Source: the human T2T-CHM13v2.0 reference genome, Homo sapiens
Strand: one strand, 5' to 3'
Assembly: GCF_009914755.1 (NCBI RefSeq)
Contig: NC_060942.1
DNA: 64,000 bases
Below are positions 32,993 through 49,200 of this stretch, piece after piece (position 1 is the stretch's first letter; each line of letters starts with the position of its first letter). The position numbers and the translations under genes were made by a program. The notes below the pieces were generated by a model. It made no database searches, was not told the DNA's origin, and saw only the letters and a program-made list of their open reading frames with translations.

Positions 32993-33669
32993 CTGGGTGT
33001 GAAACAGAAAAGTAAGAAACAATTTTATCAGCCACAGTCTGAGTTACCTAACTTAGCCAGAAATTTGAGGGTGGAAGGATTCTGGAGAGTGGAGCAGTTG
33101 GGTAAAAAAGGTTTAACAGAGAATACGATCCCTGAACTAAGTCTTAATTAAAAGGAAGGAAAATGATTTTCCAGAGCAAATCTTCATATTCTTGAACCAT
33201 TCTGTGGAAACTGAAGAACCCAGAAGTAAGCCTGCTCAAGGTCACACAGCTAGTAACAGTAAGTCATAGACTTCTAACAGCAAGTCTGGCCCCACAGCCT
33301 GTGCTCCTAACCATTACGCACACTGCCTCCCTATGGCTCTACTGACTCTCAGAGGCCTTCAGCATCTTCACCACGTTCCTTTGAATGTGTCCCTGGTTCC
33401 CTCGTTTATTCATATGTTGCTCAAATGCGAAGGCATAAATGTAATACACTATTCAATATTCATGGTGATCTAATTTTAAGAAGGATAGGGTTATCATTCC
33501 CTTGCTCTAAATACAATAATTTTATTGAAGTCAGGTTAGTTATATGGTATTATTTGATCTCCAAGATGTTTTGAAGCTACTGTGTACCTAGATCCTATGA
33601 GTTTCCTCGTAAATACCTTTTTATTCAAGAGATAAATACCTGCTATTGAGCTTTTATCCAATTGATAAT

Positions 33670-34260
33670 AAATATTACTTATCATCCCCACTGAGCCACT
33701 GTGATTGTTCACTTGCAAGACCCTTAATTGATCTCCCTGCTCTTATTCTTGTCTTCCTAAAGTTATTATCCATGCAACAGACAGAACAGCCTTCAAAACC
33801 TACCAAAGGCTTCTTGCCACAACTGAATAATGGTGAAGTCCTATCTGTGGCCCCTTCTTTTCTGCCCCTGCCAACCTGTTCAACTTTATTTCCTACAATT
33901 CTTCTGCTAGCACACTCTGCTTAAGGCTACCTTTCTTGCTGTTCTCCAAATACACCAAGCATGTTTTCAACTCATGCCCTTTGTATGTTTCACTCCCTCC
34001 ACCTGAGTGAACCATAAAACTATGTGAGTAAAGACCATATTAAGGTTTTTGCATAAATTGCTTCTCCTTAGAGAAGTCTCCCTGAATCACTTCATTTTTT
34101 CCCCTGACATTTAACACTACTTGAAATTTTGTTATTACAAGCATTTTATTTTCTTTGTCTCCCCAGGTAGACAGTAAGCTCTGATCACAAAATGTATCAC
34201 CAGTGGCTAGTACAGTGCCCGGTATATGATACAAACTCAAACCCTATGTACTGAATGAAT
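33670..34260 (+). mobile_element. L2 relic
   Basis: L2 3' end pattern ...ACAGTGCCCGGTATATG...TGAATGAAT. Confidence 0.6.
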
Positions 34261-37200
34261 AGTAGGAGAAATTAGCATAAAATAAAACTGAAAATGGCTA
34301 ATGCCACACATTGTGAAATATGCTTTAGATTTAAGACTGACTTAAGAGCCTTTTCCTTTTGATTTCATAGAATACAAAAAATCTGACCCAGGAAAAATTA
34401 GACCTGGTAGAAACAACACCAAATAACATTGTAGAAGGCTAAAACCACAGAATAAAATCTGTAACTAACAAAATAATGATGGAAGAAGCAAATCTTGACA
34501 ATAACCAGATCTGTAATATCTGATCTAGGTGAATGAGACCTGGTAGATATGATAACTGTAGAAGAAAAAAAAAAAAACTCTGGCAGGAGCTGAAATCCAT
34601 AGACTTTAAGATAAAAACAAATAACACAAAAAGTTTCTGAAAATTAATAAAAATAATTTTAATAAATTAAAAATCAAAATAGAAATACTTAGAAGTAATT
34701 TACTTCTACTTCATATAAAATTAATTTAAAAATTAAGCTGATTTAATAGAGTACCCACATAAAAACACTTTCCCAATAAAAGTTATTCAATATTATAATA
34801 ATTCTGATTCAAATTTGGATTCCTAAATATGTGAGCAAAACATTCTGGAGATAAAAATATCCATCAGAACAAAATGGTATATTCAAAATTAGAGTCAAAA
34901 TATTTTCACTTCAATTAATAGAGGGCATGAGAAAACTAGCTTTTTGGCTGCTAGATCACATTGTTGACAACTGCTATTTCCAAGTTTTTGTGTTTTTTTT
35001 TCCCCAATCCCTGCCGTGTAGCCATGGCTCTTGTACAGTTGAGTATTTAATCAAACACAGAACTGAAAAATCATCCCTTTCAGATCTTATATGGTTGGTT
35101 GTTGAATACTTCTGTAATACTAAACCTTGTTTCTCTTTCTCAGCGGCCTTCTAATCTTCTCTCATGCTTTGCTGCATTCTGAAGGTGACAAAGGTCTTCA
35201 TGGTCCATGTCATCTCAAACTGTGAAATGAACTGGCCACAATTGTGACACTTTTGGCAGGTTGTTTCACACCCCCACACCTTCCTTTTCCCTAACAACCT
35301 TCCAGTTTAAAATGAATGTGTGCCAGACAGAGTTCTGGCCATAGAGACATAGTCAGAAATCTGCTACATGGGGCCTTTGGGAAAGACACTGCCACCCTGA
35401 CAGAAAAGGAGAATCGGCTGACATATCTCCTTGCCTTTTTCCTCATTAGTCCTTTTCCCTTGTTCCTGTCTGGATGGCAGATGAGATACGATGGCAGATG
35501 GAGGCATGATGAGAAAAACACGAGGGTAAAAGCAACAATCTAAGAATCTACCATTCTTAGGAATGCAGAAAAGCAGGGTTGCTGATGGCATCACAGAGTT
35601 ATGGGCTGCCAACCTCCAGACTCCATGTGACATGAGGACATAAATCTCTATTTCTCTGAGCTACTGTTAGTTAGATTTTCATTGCTTACATCCATAAGCA
35701 TTCTTAACAGATAAACTATCAGGTAATCTTCATGCACAGCTACTACCTTTTTGTGGTCTCTACCCAAAATTTACAAGGTTTTGCTGATGAACCCAATTAT
35801 TAACACTGAGACACTAGATAAATTATTAATAATTAGAAAAGTAAATTTTAAGTTATGAAAAAAAACAATGTTAATACAACTTTTCTACTTCACTTTTGTT
35901 CAATACACATTTTAAGGAGTGAGTCGGAAGAGAAGCAGAATCATTTCACTGGTTTGTTATACTGAACTCGTCCTTGGCATTATAGACCTAATAAACAAAT
36001 AAGTCATTAGTATATATATCCACCCCCATCTTAACTGTAGGCTTCCAACAGTTGTAAGAAAATGATTAGCAATATAAATAATAAGACTGTTAAAAGGTGA
36101 ACAGAAAGGAGAGATGATATCAGTGATTATTTGGTAAGCAGTATGGCAGTAAGGGTGGCTGGACTTCAGCTTGTGTGATGTATTAAATAAAGAAAACAGG
36201 ATGAGAAGCTAGTTTGCAATAGGAAGAAAAGGCATCACTGGCTTCAATGTGTGACATTAAATTTGATGAGTCAGTGTGATATCCAGGAAGAAATGTCAGT
36301 GACTTCTGAGTTTAAAGGTCAAAAGAGACCTTTCTGAGCCACCTTTGCCTCAGTTCTCTCCTGTTGTGTTTTGTTTTTCATTGCACTAGTTTCCAGATAG
36401 CATTACTATAGACACGCACAAATATAAGAATACATACACACATACATTTTGATGAGCCTTCTATTTCTCATTCCACATGTCCCCAGCTCTTCTTATTTAA
36501 ACCTTAATTAAAATCCCTTCTAAAAATCTTATCCACCAACAAAGATGCAGGAAAGTACATGTCATTCACCAGTTTTTATTGCATCTAAGTAAATATCTCT
36601 TATGTGATATTGACAAGGCATAAATACTTTCAATATTAAATTCATGTAAATATCCTGCAAAAATATACTAAAACTAGAAATGAGATTTCTAGTATTCTTA
36701 AGCAGTGGAAGAAAAACTTTTTTCATTATGGCATATCCATAATACTATGCTAAACCCAGTTCTAGCTTATACTCATCAAGAACAACATGCAAATTTATGC
36801 TAATATTAGTTATTTCTTTCAGCATTGAATATGCTAGCTTGATTCAAGAATAACAAAACTGCTAAGCTTCATATTTATATCAAGTATTTTACAGAGTCCC
36901 TGTGCTGATGAGGCAATTTTATTGGTTAAAAAAAGCAAATAGTTGAGTTGACAGCTTTTCTTCCACAGTCTTGATTGCTTAAGACGGACTGCTCCAGAAA
37001 TTCCTCAAAACTCAGAAAGAATACTTCCTACTCCATTTGTCAAATGTATAGAAATCATGACAGAGAAACTGAGTATATTTTTGACATGTAGAAAAGTTAA
37101 TTTTAAGTCATGGAAAATGAAATAATGTTAACATATTTATATAACATATTTAAGAAATAAACCAAAATAAAAGTTAGAGTATCTTTTGCTTTTTGTAGGC

Positions 37201-37519
37201 ACAGTTATAACAAGTAATTAACTACAATAATTTAACATTTATGTTTTACTGTTTTCTAGGGAGGTTCTTCACTAGCTTGAATAATACTCTAATAACATTT
37301 TATTGCTGAGAAAGCAAGTTTGTCTGCTAGAGGCCCTAATCAACTAATTTCCTCTAATGACAAGCAACACTGACTAAACGGGTGAAAATTTTCTCATTTT
37401 TGTAATAAACAATCTATGTTACAGTGTCTTAATAGCAATCATATGAAATGTCTTCGAAAGTTTACTCTCATCTCCTAAAAATAGGCAAATCAAATGTTTC
37501 TTAAACTAATTCATCTTAC

Positions 37520-37593
37520 CTTTTTGACGATAACTGAGTAGTCAACTGAACTGCTTCAAAAGCACACATAACAAGAACAAAGGGGATTAAAAT
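37520..37593 (-). CDS. PIGN: PIGN exon 28 (74 nt)
   Basis: cag|ATT... [26 protein letters not shown]|gtaaga. Confidence 0.96.
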
Positions 37594-38459
37594 CTGTAAA
37601 AGAACAATAAATGATGCAAGGAATAACTGAAGCATCTGAAACACTTTTTGAAAAAAATACTATTTCTGCTTACAGAAATATTTTCAATTTCTCAAGTAAC
37701 TTTTATATATACTAGTGAAGAGCAAACACTGAAATAAAAGCATGATACCAATGGCACATAGAACGGTGATGAAACTGACTTAAAAACCTACATTAATAAG
37801 CTATACGATGTAAAAGACAGCAAACATCAATACATATTCCAAATAAAAGCCTATTACAAATTTTGTTCCATTTAATGTATTCTAATAATTAACCACAATG
37901 TTCAAAAGATTCCAAGAGGGTGTGAAAAGCACAGAATGCCCAAATCAAATAAATTATATAACCTGATAATTTGATTCACAGATCCTTAAACCCATCTGGT
38001 TATTTAAAACTATAACATTATAAACATGATTCAGCTTCTTAATCTTTGCCTTTTTTAAAAAAATACATTTATTTATGATTATAAAATTCACACTCATTAT
38101 AACAAATATGAAAAAATTTATAAAACATTTGAAATAAAGCTATAGTAAAATTTATGCTGGTTGAAAATCCATAATCCAGAGCTAATACTGTTAATATCTT
38201 GAGGTATTGCTTTCCAATTATCAATTTTGAAAAATATATATAACTTGATGTTTCAAAACAGGGGGAGATATGGAAAATAAATGATGTTCAAGGCAGCATA
38301 CAGTTCTTTTTCAAGTGAAGGACATATGAATAAAATAGAATTCAGCAGGGCCCTCACTTCTAGACACATCAGTCAACAAAAGTCATCAAGTGTATTATGT
38401 CATTAAAGCTTACTGCATTGTGCTGGAGATTAAGAACCTAGCATTCTAATTTGAGCTTT

Positions 38460-38497
38460 GTCTTTCTTTCTTGCTTGCTTGCTTGCTTGCTTGCTTG
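38460..38497. repeat. (CTTT)n(GCTT)n microsatellite
   Basis: Read directly from the sequence. Confidence 0.9.
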
Positions 38498-39341
38498 TTT
38501 TTAATTAAAGGCCAATGGTCTTTAATAAACTGGGAAAAAAAACCATTTAAAAAATGTGAATGAAAATTAAGGAAATAGCAACATGTTTTAAAATAACTCA
38601 GTAGGGAACAGGATGTGAGAAACTGAACATCTTTTTAACACTTCTTAAACTTCCATTTGTATTAGTGTAATAACAAAAAGTAGACATTAATCCTATTAAG
38701 ATGACACCTTTAACCATTTTTATTCATAAATCTGAACATTAGGTAATCGGATTTTAGGCAAGAATCAGTTTACTTTATTTAAACAAATATATACTAAGTA
38801 AAACGTGTCAGGCATTATGGTAAAGGGAATAAAACAAGCATAATGACCTTAGAGAAGAAGAACATGAATTACATTCTAATGAAGAATCTGAACCCCTGGA
38901 AAGCTGAAAATGGTCATTATCTTTGTACTGTCAGCACCCAGCTAGTATCTGGCACATTACTAAATATAGCAGAAAATGACACATTTGTTGAATGAATTGA
39001 TCAATTCCAGGTACATGGCTTATGAGAAAAGATTATGTTGGCAATCTCATGGGTAGAGAACATGGGTTCAGGGAACCTTATACTCTTTAGCAGCACTGCA
39101 GTTTGATCCATAGCTTCCCACAGGCTTTAATCACATCTGATAAGATCCTCTCAGATTAACAGTTGAATCCCTACTCTTTTGAAGTCAAATGCACTTATGA
39201 GTAAAGCAAAAAGATTAACTGTGGTTTGGAGTAAGGGATAGAGGGTCTCACCTCCAGTTTAGCAGTGCCAACTCTGAAAGGATATCTTCTTTCCATTGCT
39301 ACTTAACTCTGTCTAAATGACTTTATAATCTTAATCAATCA

Positions 39342-39461
<120 letters not shown>

Positions 39462-39653
39462 TTATAACAAGGAAAAAGAATTTAGAATTCACTCTGTAAC
39501 TTTAAAAGAATATTCTTCTAAAAAGATGTTTAAACTAATTCTCTGAAATCTACTTACTAAAACACAAGCAAACATCATATTATGAAGCCACTAAAATGAA
39601 CGCAGTAGATCCGAATGTGCCAATACATACCAATCTCCAAAATATATCATTCA

Positions 39654-40022
<369 letters not shown>

Positions 40023-40055
40023 TTATATATATATGCCACTTTCATTTAAAATTAC

Positions 40056-40111
40056 CTGTTAATAGAAGCTATATTTCCAGTTCCAAAAAATGCTGTCACT
40101 AAGAAGAAAAC
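40056..40111 (-). CDS. PIGN: PIGN exon 26 (56 nt)
   Basis: tag|GTT... VFFLVTAFFGTGNIASIN AG|gtaatt; includes the conserved FFGTGN motif. Confidence 0.96.
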
Positions 40112-41183
40112 CTAAAGGGAGTCAAGGAAATGGCAAAACAACTCAGATTTCATACAAATTTCCTTTTCATTTAGAAAAGATATGCTAATTTTACCTTGAG
40201 AGTAATTTGCTCTTTTACTTGTACCATGAATTGTTTTCAATGAACATTCCATTATAACTCCTTGTGAATGCATTTTAAAACAGCCAGATTGAAGAGGCTG
40301 TGTACCGAGAATAATGAGGCCTGAGAGGTCATCCTCACTCAGTTCCTAGTAAGTTGTTTTCCTCTTCCCTAATATGAGCAAGGTGGACCATATCTGTAGT
40401 GGGCTGCTAGTGATTTTTTCAAAAGAAAAACATGGATCTAGTGTGTATCATAGATATTTTCAGCTGAGAGACACAGTTATAGTCTATATATGCTTGCCGT
40501 AAACCCACCACCTGCTAAGCACATGCTAGACCACTTGAAAGGCTCAGGAAGAAACAAGATACCATGTTTTAAAATAATTCAATAGAGAATGACACATGAG
40601 AAAATGCTGAACATCTTTTTGACATTTCTGAAACTTACATTTGTATTAGTAAAGCAATAAAACATTGATATTAATCTTAGTGTCCAAGAACTTACTGCTA
40701 GCAAAGCACTTAAAATGGTGCCTAGCCCACTGAAAGGGCTTGATAAGCGTTAGCTCTTTCATTACCATAGACACCCACAGAAATGGTGAGGCAACGCCGA
40801 AGAGGAAGTACGAATCATGACAATTTTCAGTGAAAAAGAGGCATTTGAGTTGGTGAGCTGAGCCTTTAATGTATTCATGCATTCAGTGATTCAACGAATC
40901 ATCTAAGCAACCGTTTATTGTCTAGTAGATGTCAGAGACAGAGATAGGCACTAAGAATATAAACATAAATAAAATAGTCTCAAAATACTCAAATGGTGAC
41001 TAAGATATGATGACAGAAATAGAGGAGAGACATTTTAAGGTAAAGAACAGTGAGAAAAAAATGACATCGCCAAGAAAGAGTAAAAAGGCTTGACAGATAG
41101 GAACTTAGACTTTATCGAAGGATATGGTGAAAGATGAAGCAAGAAATATAGACTGGTGGCATATTAATAAAAAGCCTGAACTG

Positions 41184-41681
<498 letters not shown>

Positions 41682-42574
41682 CTAGAGTGAAGGGAGCCAC
41701 AGGGACTTTAGAAGTGGACAAGGAGCAGTTAAATATGACAACAAGTTGGATGTCTTGGGGACTGGGAGTATGGTGATGCCATTAAATGAGATAAGGCCTG
41801 CCAGAGAGAGTGACTTTGAAGAGGAGTGGCAGTTGTTAGTCAGTTTGGGACACATATTTGGTGATGCCCAGCAGAATGTTAGACATGTGGTCCTTGAGGT
41901 CACGAAAGGGGTCAAGTTTGGAAAAACCCATCTTAGAGCTGTTTGCATAGAAGTGTCTACCAAAGTTACAGGAAAATATGGCATAAACCAGGCACAATAA
42001 GAGAAGGTTAATGGTGGAGCATGGAGAAAATAGTATGGCTGAAGATCAGGCAAAGGAAGTAATTATAGAGAAGAAGAATAGAAGTGATATAAAAATCTTA
42101 GAAGAAAACTTGTACTGTGTACTGGATGTGAAGGGAAAAGAAAGAGAAAACATAGACTTGAATGTTAAAGTGTGGTCAGGTAAACTGAATAGATTTGAGT
42201 GATCAGGAAGCCCCTGCAGACCACTGACAGTACAACTTCGGCAGAGACATCTGACAAATACTGATAGAGCACTGCTACGTGCCAGGCATTGTTAGAGGTT
42301 TGCGGATATGGCATATACATGGAGAGAAAATAATGGCAGCAACTATAAATTTTTCTTTCAAAAAATTAAACAGAAAGGACAAGATGAAATTATAATTTAG
42401 GGAAATGCAAGGTTCAGTGGGTAAAGTGCTTTAATAGTATTAGCTGATTGGAAGGAACCTGTAAAGAGAGAAAGAAAGCAAAACAGAGTAAAAGCAAGAG
42501 ACAGAGAGGATGGAATATTTATTTCCTGTACCTGAGGTCTAGACTCTGCACCATGGTCAGCTCAAAGAAAATGC

Positions 42575-43045
42575 CTCCAATACTTACAAGCCATGTATCT
42601 GATAAGGGTTAATATCCAAAACATACGAGGAACTCCTACAGCTAGCAAAAGTAAAATAGTCACACTTAAAAAAGAGAGTAGAATGATGGTTGCTGAGGGC
42701 TGAGAGGAGTGGGGAAAGGGGAAATGTTGGTGAAAGTGTATGAAGTTTCAGTTGTGCAAGATGAATAAGGTCTGAAGATTAAATGTACAGCATGGTGACT
42801 ATAGTCAGTAATATTGTATTGTATACTTGAAATGCGCTAAGAGAGCTGATCTTAAGTGTTCTCACTGCAAAAACAGAAAGAAAGAAAAAGCAGTAAGTAC
42901 GTGAGGCAATCGATATGATAATTAGCTTGATTGTGGTGATCATTTTACAATGTATACATATATCAAAACATCAAAATATACACCTTAAATATATACAATT
43001 TTTGTCAGTTATACTTCAATAAAGCTGAATAAAATAAAATAAAGG
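42575..43045 (+). mobile_element. L1MA/MB 3' end fragments
   Basis: GAGAGTAGAATGATGGTTGC...GATCTTAAGTGTTCTCAC...CTTCAATAAAGCTG. Confidence 0.75.
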
Positions 43046-43601
43046 AAATACATCCCTATGATTTCTTGCAGCTAGTCAGTCAGCCTTTCCAAACTAAGAC
43101 TTTCCTCTGCCATACTGTCTTTCAAACTTCTACTACTAACAACTTTCACAACATTGCCTCTGATGTGATCCAAAAACCTTTGTGAGACAGATGTTATGTA
43201 ATGTGAGTTCAGAATAAAATGCACATAAAAAGATATGAACTCATAATTGTGGTTTCTTCCAGGATGTGAGAAATTCGATTGAAGTCGGGAGTTGAAAGAC
43301 TTTGGCTTTAGCTCTAATGTTTTAACTTCTTAAAAACACATTTTTAAAAAACATATGTGACAAAGTACTAATGGCTAATATCTGAATAGCAGGAATATAT
43401 ATATATACATACATATAATTATTTATACTTTTCTATAGTTCAAAAAAATTTTTAATGTGAATTACATGAGAAAACTATAGTTCAGGGAGGTTAAAGTACT
43501 TAACACCACTATTAAGTGATGGGCAGAAACACCTTCCATGTCTTCTTACTCCATTAAGTGGGAGTTGCAGCTCTTTAAACCAAAGTCTCCACAAAGGATA
43601 C

Positions 43602-43688
43602 AAGGAAAAAGGCCCTACGGATGTCATCCAGATATAGCTGTCGAAACTGAGTTATATCAGTATTATAAGAGAACTGGATACTGGTGAG
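43602..43688 (-). CDS. PIGN: PIGN exon 25 (87 nt)
   Basis: cag|CTC... [29 protein letters not shown]|gtatccttt. Confidence 0.96.
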
Positions 43689-45321
43689 CTGTGAGATAAT
43701 AAGAAAAATATTAATGCACAATAACAGTTGGCTTATTTCTATATTTGAAGGCAAACTTACAATGGCTAAGTTACAATGGCTAGAAACATGCCCTGTGCTG
43801 ACAAAAAAATAAACAATAAACAATAAACAATAAATCTTTCCCTAGGGTTTAATTACACCTTAATAAAATGTGCCAAAAGGTAAAATATGTTGCTAATAAT
43901 ATATAGAACACAGTTGTAGTGTTGCTATATGTGTAATAAAAGTGAGAATTGAGTTTTTTCTTATCTTATATAAATGCTTCATTTTAAAATCCCTATATAA
44001 TTCTTCCCTCTTCAAAGACTAATTTCTCAGAGTGTCCTGATCATCTTAAACCTAGATATGGTATCATATTAAAAGACATGGTAAAATTAAATGTTTGTTT
44101 ATTTGTCCCTCTATTAATTCTATTTGCAGAGAAATTTTCTTTCTATAAAAAAGCAACATAGTCCTGTCTTTGGTAGAACAGAAAGCCACTCAATCCAACA
44201 AGGTGAGTGCACTCTTGCTTAATCACCCTCCACAAATAGAACACTAATGGGTGAATTTAAAGGTAGACTTTCCCCACTCCTACTTCCCATGTAATTTTCT
44301 AGTAAGTTCTTGGGATGTTTTAATACTCTTTTCTAGAATGAAATACATTTGCTTTTAGTTAAAAACATAGAATTTAAAAAGTAACACAATAATCCTCAGC
44401 CTGACAAAATATTTAACATTAAGGCTAATCTCTGAGTATTTACATGAATCTGCTCAAAACTGCTTTTCATGTATTATTTTAATATTCAAGGACTAAAAGT
44501 TTAAAACCAGTAATTATTAAATATGCCTCAATAAAGTTTCTTCTTTATTGAAATTAATCATTCTGAATTATCAATAACAATCTACAAACTCAACTGGAGC
44601 CATATAACGATGGATCAACTATGAAAGTATTTTCTGTAATATTCATTTTATCCGACCTTAGTAAAACTGCAAATATTCTATCACCAATTTCTCAGAATTA
44701 CCATCAGCTCTAAATATAGACAAGAAACATCAATTTAACTCTGTAGCCCACCATGATAAAGGTATCCTTAAAAATTGGTTGGATTTTAGCCAACTCAAAG
44801 TATTATGTGTTGCATACACAATCTAAGATTTGGACTGAGGCCACAATCATTAAGGCAGCAGAATAAGCAATTTGGATTAGGATGACCAGAAAGTGAAAAA
44901 CAACAATAGAAACGTAAATGTCACCTTATAATAAAATTCATAAATTGACTTGTGACAACATTAAAATTCTTCCAAGATAAATTGACGGAAGGAAAAATTG
45001 GATGTGAAATATGAAGAAAATAAGATAAAAAGCATTCTTTTCTGTATTCCTTCACTTATATTGACTTTTTTAAATCAATGATCCTCAAGTAATCACTAAG
45101 AAAAGCCCAACCTATACAACAACAAAATTGTGCTTTTCTGTGATAAGTAAAAAATCTTCCTTATCTATTATTAAGTTTAACTTAATTATTAATGCCAAAC
45201 AACTAAAACTTTTAACACTAAAATTTTAAGTAGAAAGAATTTTTGAAATAATATTGCAACTTCCTTATAGGATAGAGACTAATAGTCTCAAATAAAAACA
45301 AAAATGACTTTGACCAGCTAC

Positions 45322-45424
45322 CTTTTGTTTACAGCAAACACCAGATTGTTGTAGAGTTTCTTGTTCTATGTTTATCCAGACAAACATCAAACAAGACAAC
45401 ACTAGTGGAAAGAGAGCTTCATAC
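45322..45424 (-). CDS. PIGN: PIGN exon 24 (103 nt)
   Basis: tag|G TAT... [34 protein letters not shown]|gtagct. Confidence 0.96.
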
Positions 45425-45913
45425 CTAACAGGTGGGGAAAGGTAGAAATGAAAAGAAAAAAACAGTAAAATAAGTAAAAATGCAAATTTACACTGAGGTC
45501 TTTCTCAAAATTAAAACAATTTGATAATACTTCTAAGTCACAATATTACAAAACTTAAGAAGAAAGTAGGAAAGTAATATTTAAATTTTAACTCCAACAT
45601 CATCTTTTTTGAGTGATGTGAAATCTTGAGATAATTATGTGTTTAAAATAATAGAAATATATAAAAGCCATTCATAAAGCAAATGACAGATATACATAAA
45701 AGAGAAAGAAGGCATGAAGACAAAGGTAAAAAGATAATTCTTGAGGTAAAATTATTAACATACATAGAAGAGGAAAAGGAACACTCTAAATTTTCAAAAA
45801 AATGAGAGCAACAAGAACACAAACACGAAAATTATGTTTGACCTTATTGATAACATATGGAAATGAAAACAATGGTGATATATCATATTTGCCAATATTA
45901 AAACAACAGTGTT

Positions 45914-46200
45914 GGCCAGGCGTGGTGGTTCATGCCTGTAATCCCAGCACTTTGGCAGGCCGGAGCAGGCAGATCCCGAGGTCAGGAGTCGAGACCAGTC
46001 TGGCCAGCATAGTGAAACCCTGTCTCTACTAAAAATACAAAAAATTAGCCGGGTGTGGTGGTGTGCGCCTGCCCAGCTAACTCGGGAGGCTGAGGCAGGA
46101 GAATCACGTGAACCCGGGAGGCAGAGGTTGCAGTAAGCTGAGATCACGCCACTGCACTCCCACCCAGGTGACAGTGTGAGATTCTGTCTCAAAAACAAAA
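45914..46200 (+). mobile_element. AluS inside an old L1 relic
   Basis: Alu dimer; TSD approximately aacagtgtt. Confidence 0.9.
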
Positions 46201-49200
46201 CAGTGTTGACAAGAATGTGATGAAAAAGGAACTCTCATATGCTCTCTATAGGAATATACACTTTCTGGAAGACCATCTGATACTATGTATTAAGAATCTC
46301 AAAAATATTCATATACTATAATGCAATAAGGCCATTTCTAAAAATTTACCCTGAGAAAATAAGCAGACATGTGCTACAATTTCCATTATAAAGATATCTG
46401 TTGTAATATTGTTTACAGAAGGGGGAAACAGAAAACAACCTACATGTCCACCGGGGAATGATTAAATGTGTGGTACACCTACAGGCTGGAGTGTAAAATG
46501 GACACAAAAACAAAGAAGAAATGCTCATGAGACAACACAGTGATAGAAGCCTTTTCTAAACAGTTTCCGCTTTGTCTGGGGTAAATGTTCCACCTTCATA
46601 ATCCCTAAATGCTCTATTATAGTACTTACACCATCTTAATCACATGTCTACCTGTAAGCGTCTATTATTACTTTATAAAATCTTTGAAAACCAAGTCTGT
46701 CTGTCTCATTACCACTGCTGGCCCAGCTCACAAATATTTGCTGAGTGAGTTATTTATCTAATCAGAAGTTACAAAACAAAACAAAGCCTTATTTCCTTTT
46801 TGAGTCTTTCAACTACTGAACTCTACAGCATACGCCACTATTTCCTAAAGATAAGAAAGCAAAAAAAACCAAACACTTTAAACGCTATTACAAATTATAA
46901 AATTATAACACTGAAGACTGGGCAGAAGGAAAGATTCAGGTTTCAGAAAGCATACACAAATCACTTGATATATAAGACTTAGAAGGCCCAGGGATATGAA
47001 CAGATACCTACACACATGAGAAAATATCATGAGTAAAACAAGTACAGAAAACTGTACAAAGCAGTGCCACTTTTGACCTATTAATATAACATTTGATATT
47101 CTTATTTAAAAATGGAAATACCAAATACTGTTACATATTTGTTACAGATATGATGAAATAGTACCCCTCATATATAGTTTGTTGTAGATATTATACATTG
47201 GCACTGTTCTTAAGACAATTACAAGTTAAAAAAAGAAAGTTCACACCCAATGGCCCAAATACACTATATGAGAAGTGAACAAAGGAAATAATCTAGACTA
47301 TGAAAAAGCTTATGCATAAAAACATAACTCAAAATATTATCTGTGATAATAAAAAGTTGAAACAAAATCCATATCATGAAATATTAAATATCTATTAAAA
47401 TGGTGGCTAGAAAGCCTAAGAGCCACTAGAAAATGCTTCTGAAATAATGTTAATTAGAAAAAAAGATCCAAAATAGAACATGTACTGTGATTAATTCTAT
47501 GTTAAAAAGACAAATACGGGGGTAACACCAGAAAGAAATATACCAGAACATTAACAAGAGTAGAGTTAATACATGATTTTATCCCTTATTCCTACTTTCG
47601 ATAATGTGATGACACTATTTTTCCAATGATTTTTTAAAAATTGAAAAACAAATATTTACAATGCTTGTATCCCTGGCCTTTCTTTAAAGTTCAGTTCAAC
47701 ATCATTGATGGCACTAACTCAGCTTTCCTATTCAAGCTCTTTCTCTAGTCAGTCTTCATTTCATACAATTCACAACTTCATTAACTCACAGTAACTTAAT
47801 TGTTTGATTTTGTAATTGCCTAACACTGTAAAATATAGTTCTTATTTTATAGCAGCTTATAACTCTATTGTACACTAGCAGTACACTAATGGTTCTCTCT
47901 GTGTGATTGCATAGTGCTCTGGACACTGGAGATATGAAAGAAAAAACAACTGTTGATTAATTGAATTAAGGTGCATACTCTGAACAAAAGGCAACCGTCA
48001 TTTTTTTAAAGATTTGAAGTTATATATGAAGTTACTGTTTCCTAATATTTAAAAACATAAATGTCATAGTTCTACAAATAGTAGAATTTATTTCCTTTCA
48101 AAAACTATACATTATGATCACTTTCTTTTGTAAAATGGAGATGAATAAACCAGATAAAGATAATCTTCCTATGGGACTTTATCTCTTAAAACAATCAATA
48201 GTTCATATAAAGTCTGTATATCTGCATTAATAAACTGAAATATCAATGAAATGTCATCACCGGCTCAGGGAGAACATAATGAAAACTTACTAAATTAGGA
48301 TCTGCTGGTTTGGTCTCTGTGAAAATTGAATAGGGCTGACAAGGCATTTAGCTTTGTATTACAGTTTGCTAAGCAAAGGAATAATGCAAAGAAAATTTCA
48401 AAGGGAAATGTTTAACCAACTTTAACCAAGAGAACAAACTATTTTCAAGTATTACAATAGCTCCATTTGCATAAAAATAATTAAGTGCTGATTAAAAATG
48501 AATCTTCTTTATTCAATAAATCAAGGATGCATTGTAAGAATTTAGGAATACTGCTGCTATATTTCTATATTATAATATAACTACATTTCTTTTAAATACT
48601 CTGTAATTCTGAATATTCACTAATTTACGTAGAGAACCCTCCAGGTCATCCAAAATGGTGAGGCTGAATCATAACAGGTGGACTGTGTTTTGCAAAACTG
48701 ATTTGACACTGAGAAGATGTACTGATTGAAATGACTGAACTGTGCTATTTCAAGATACTCTTTTTAATTTTTTTTGGCAAAGCTAGATATACTTTCTGAT
48801 GTTGAATAATGTATCTCTTAATGAATTCATTAACAAGGTTATATAGTGCCTTATTATTCTGATTTTAGGTATAAATTTTCACTTTTTAGATTTTCTTAAA
48901 ATAAGTTATGATTATGATTATGCTTATTATGATAATTTGTTTTGGCATCTCCTATGACTATTAAATTGATGATTTAAAATATTTATCCCCTATGTAAGTT
49001 ACATGATTAACTAATGCTACATTATGAAATAGTTTTTCATTCAAAATTAAACTTCAATTATCCTTGCTTCTTTCTCTCCTTTTCTAATCCAGCAAATCAG
49101 ATCTATTTTTATATTTGTTTACATTTTTAACCAACTACACATCCCTTTAAATATGTTTATTGCTTTAGAATTTGAAAGTTCAAAAAAGAGAAAGGCCTAT

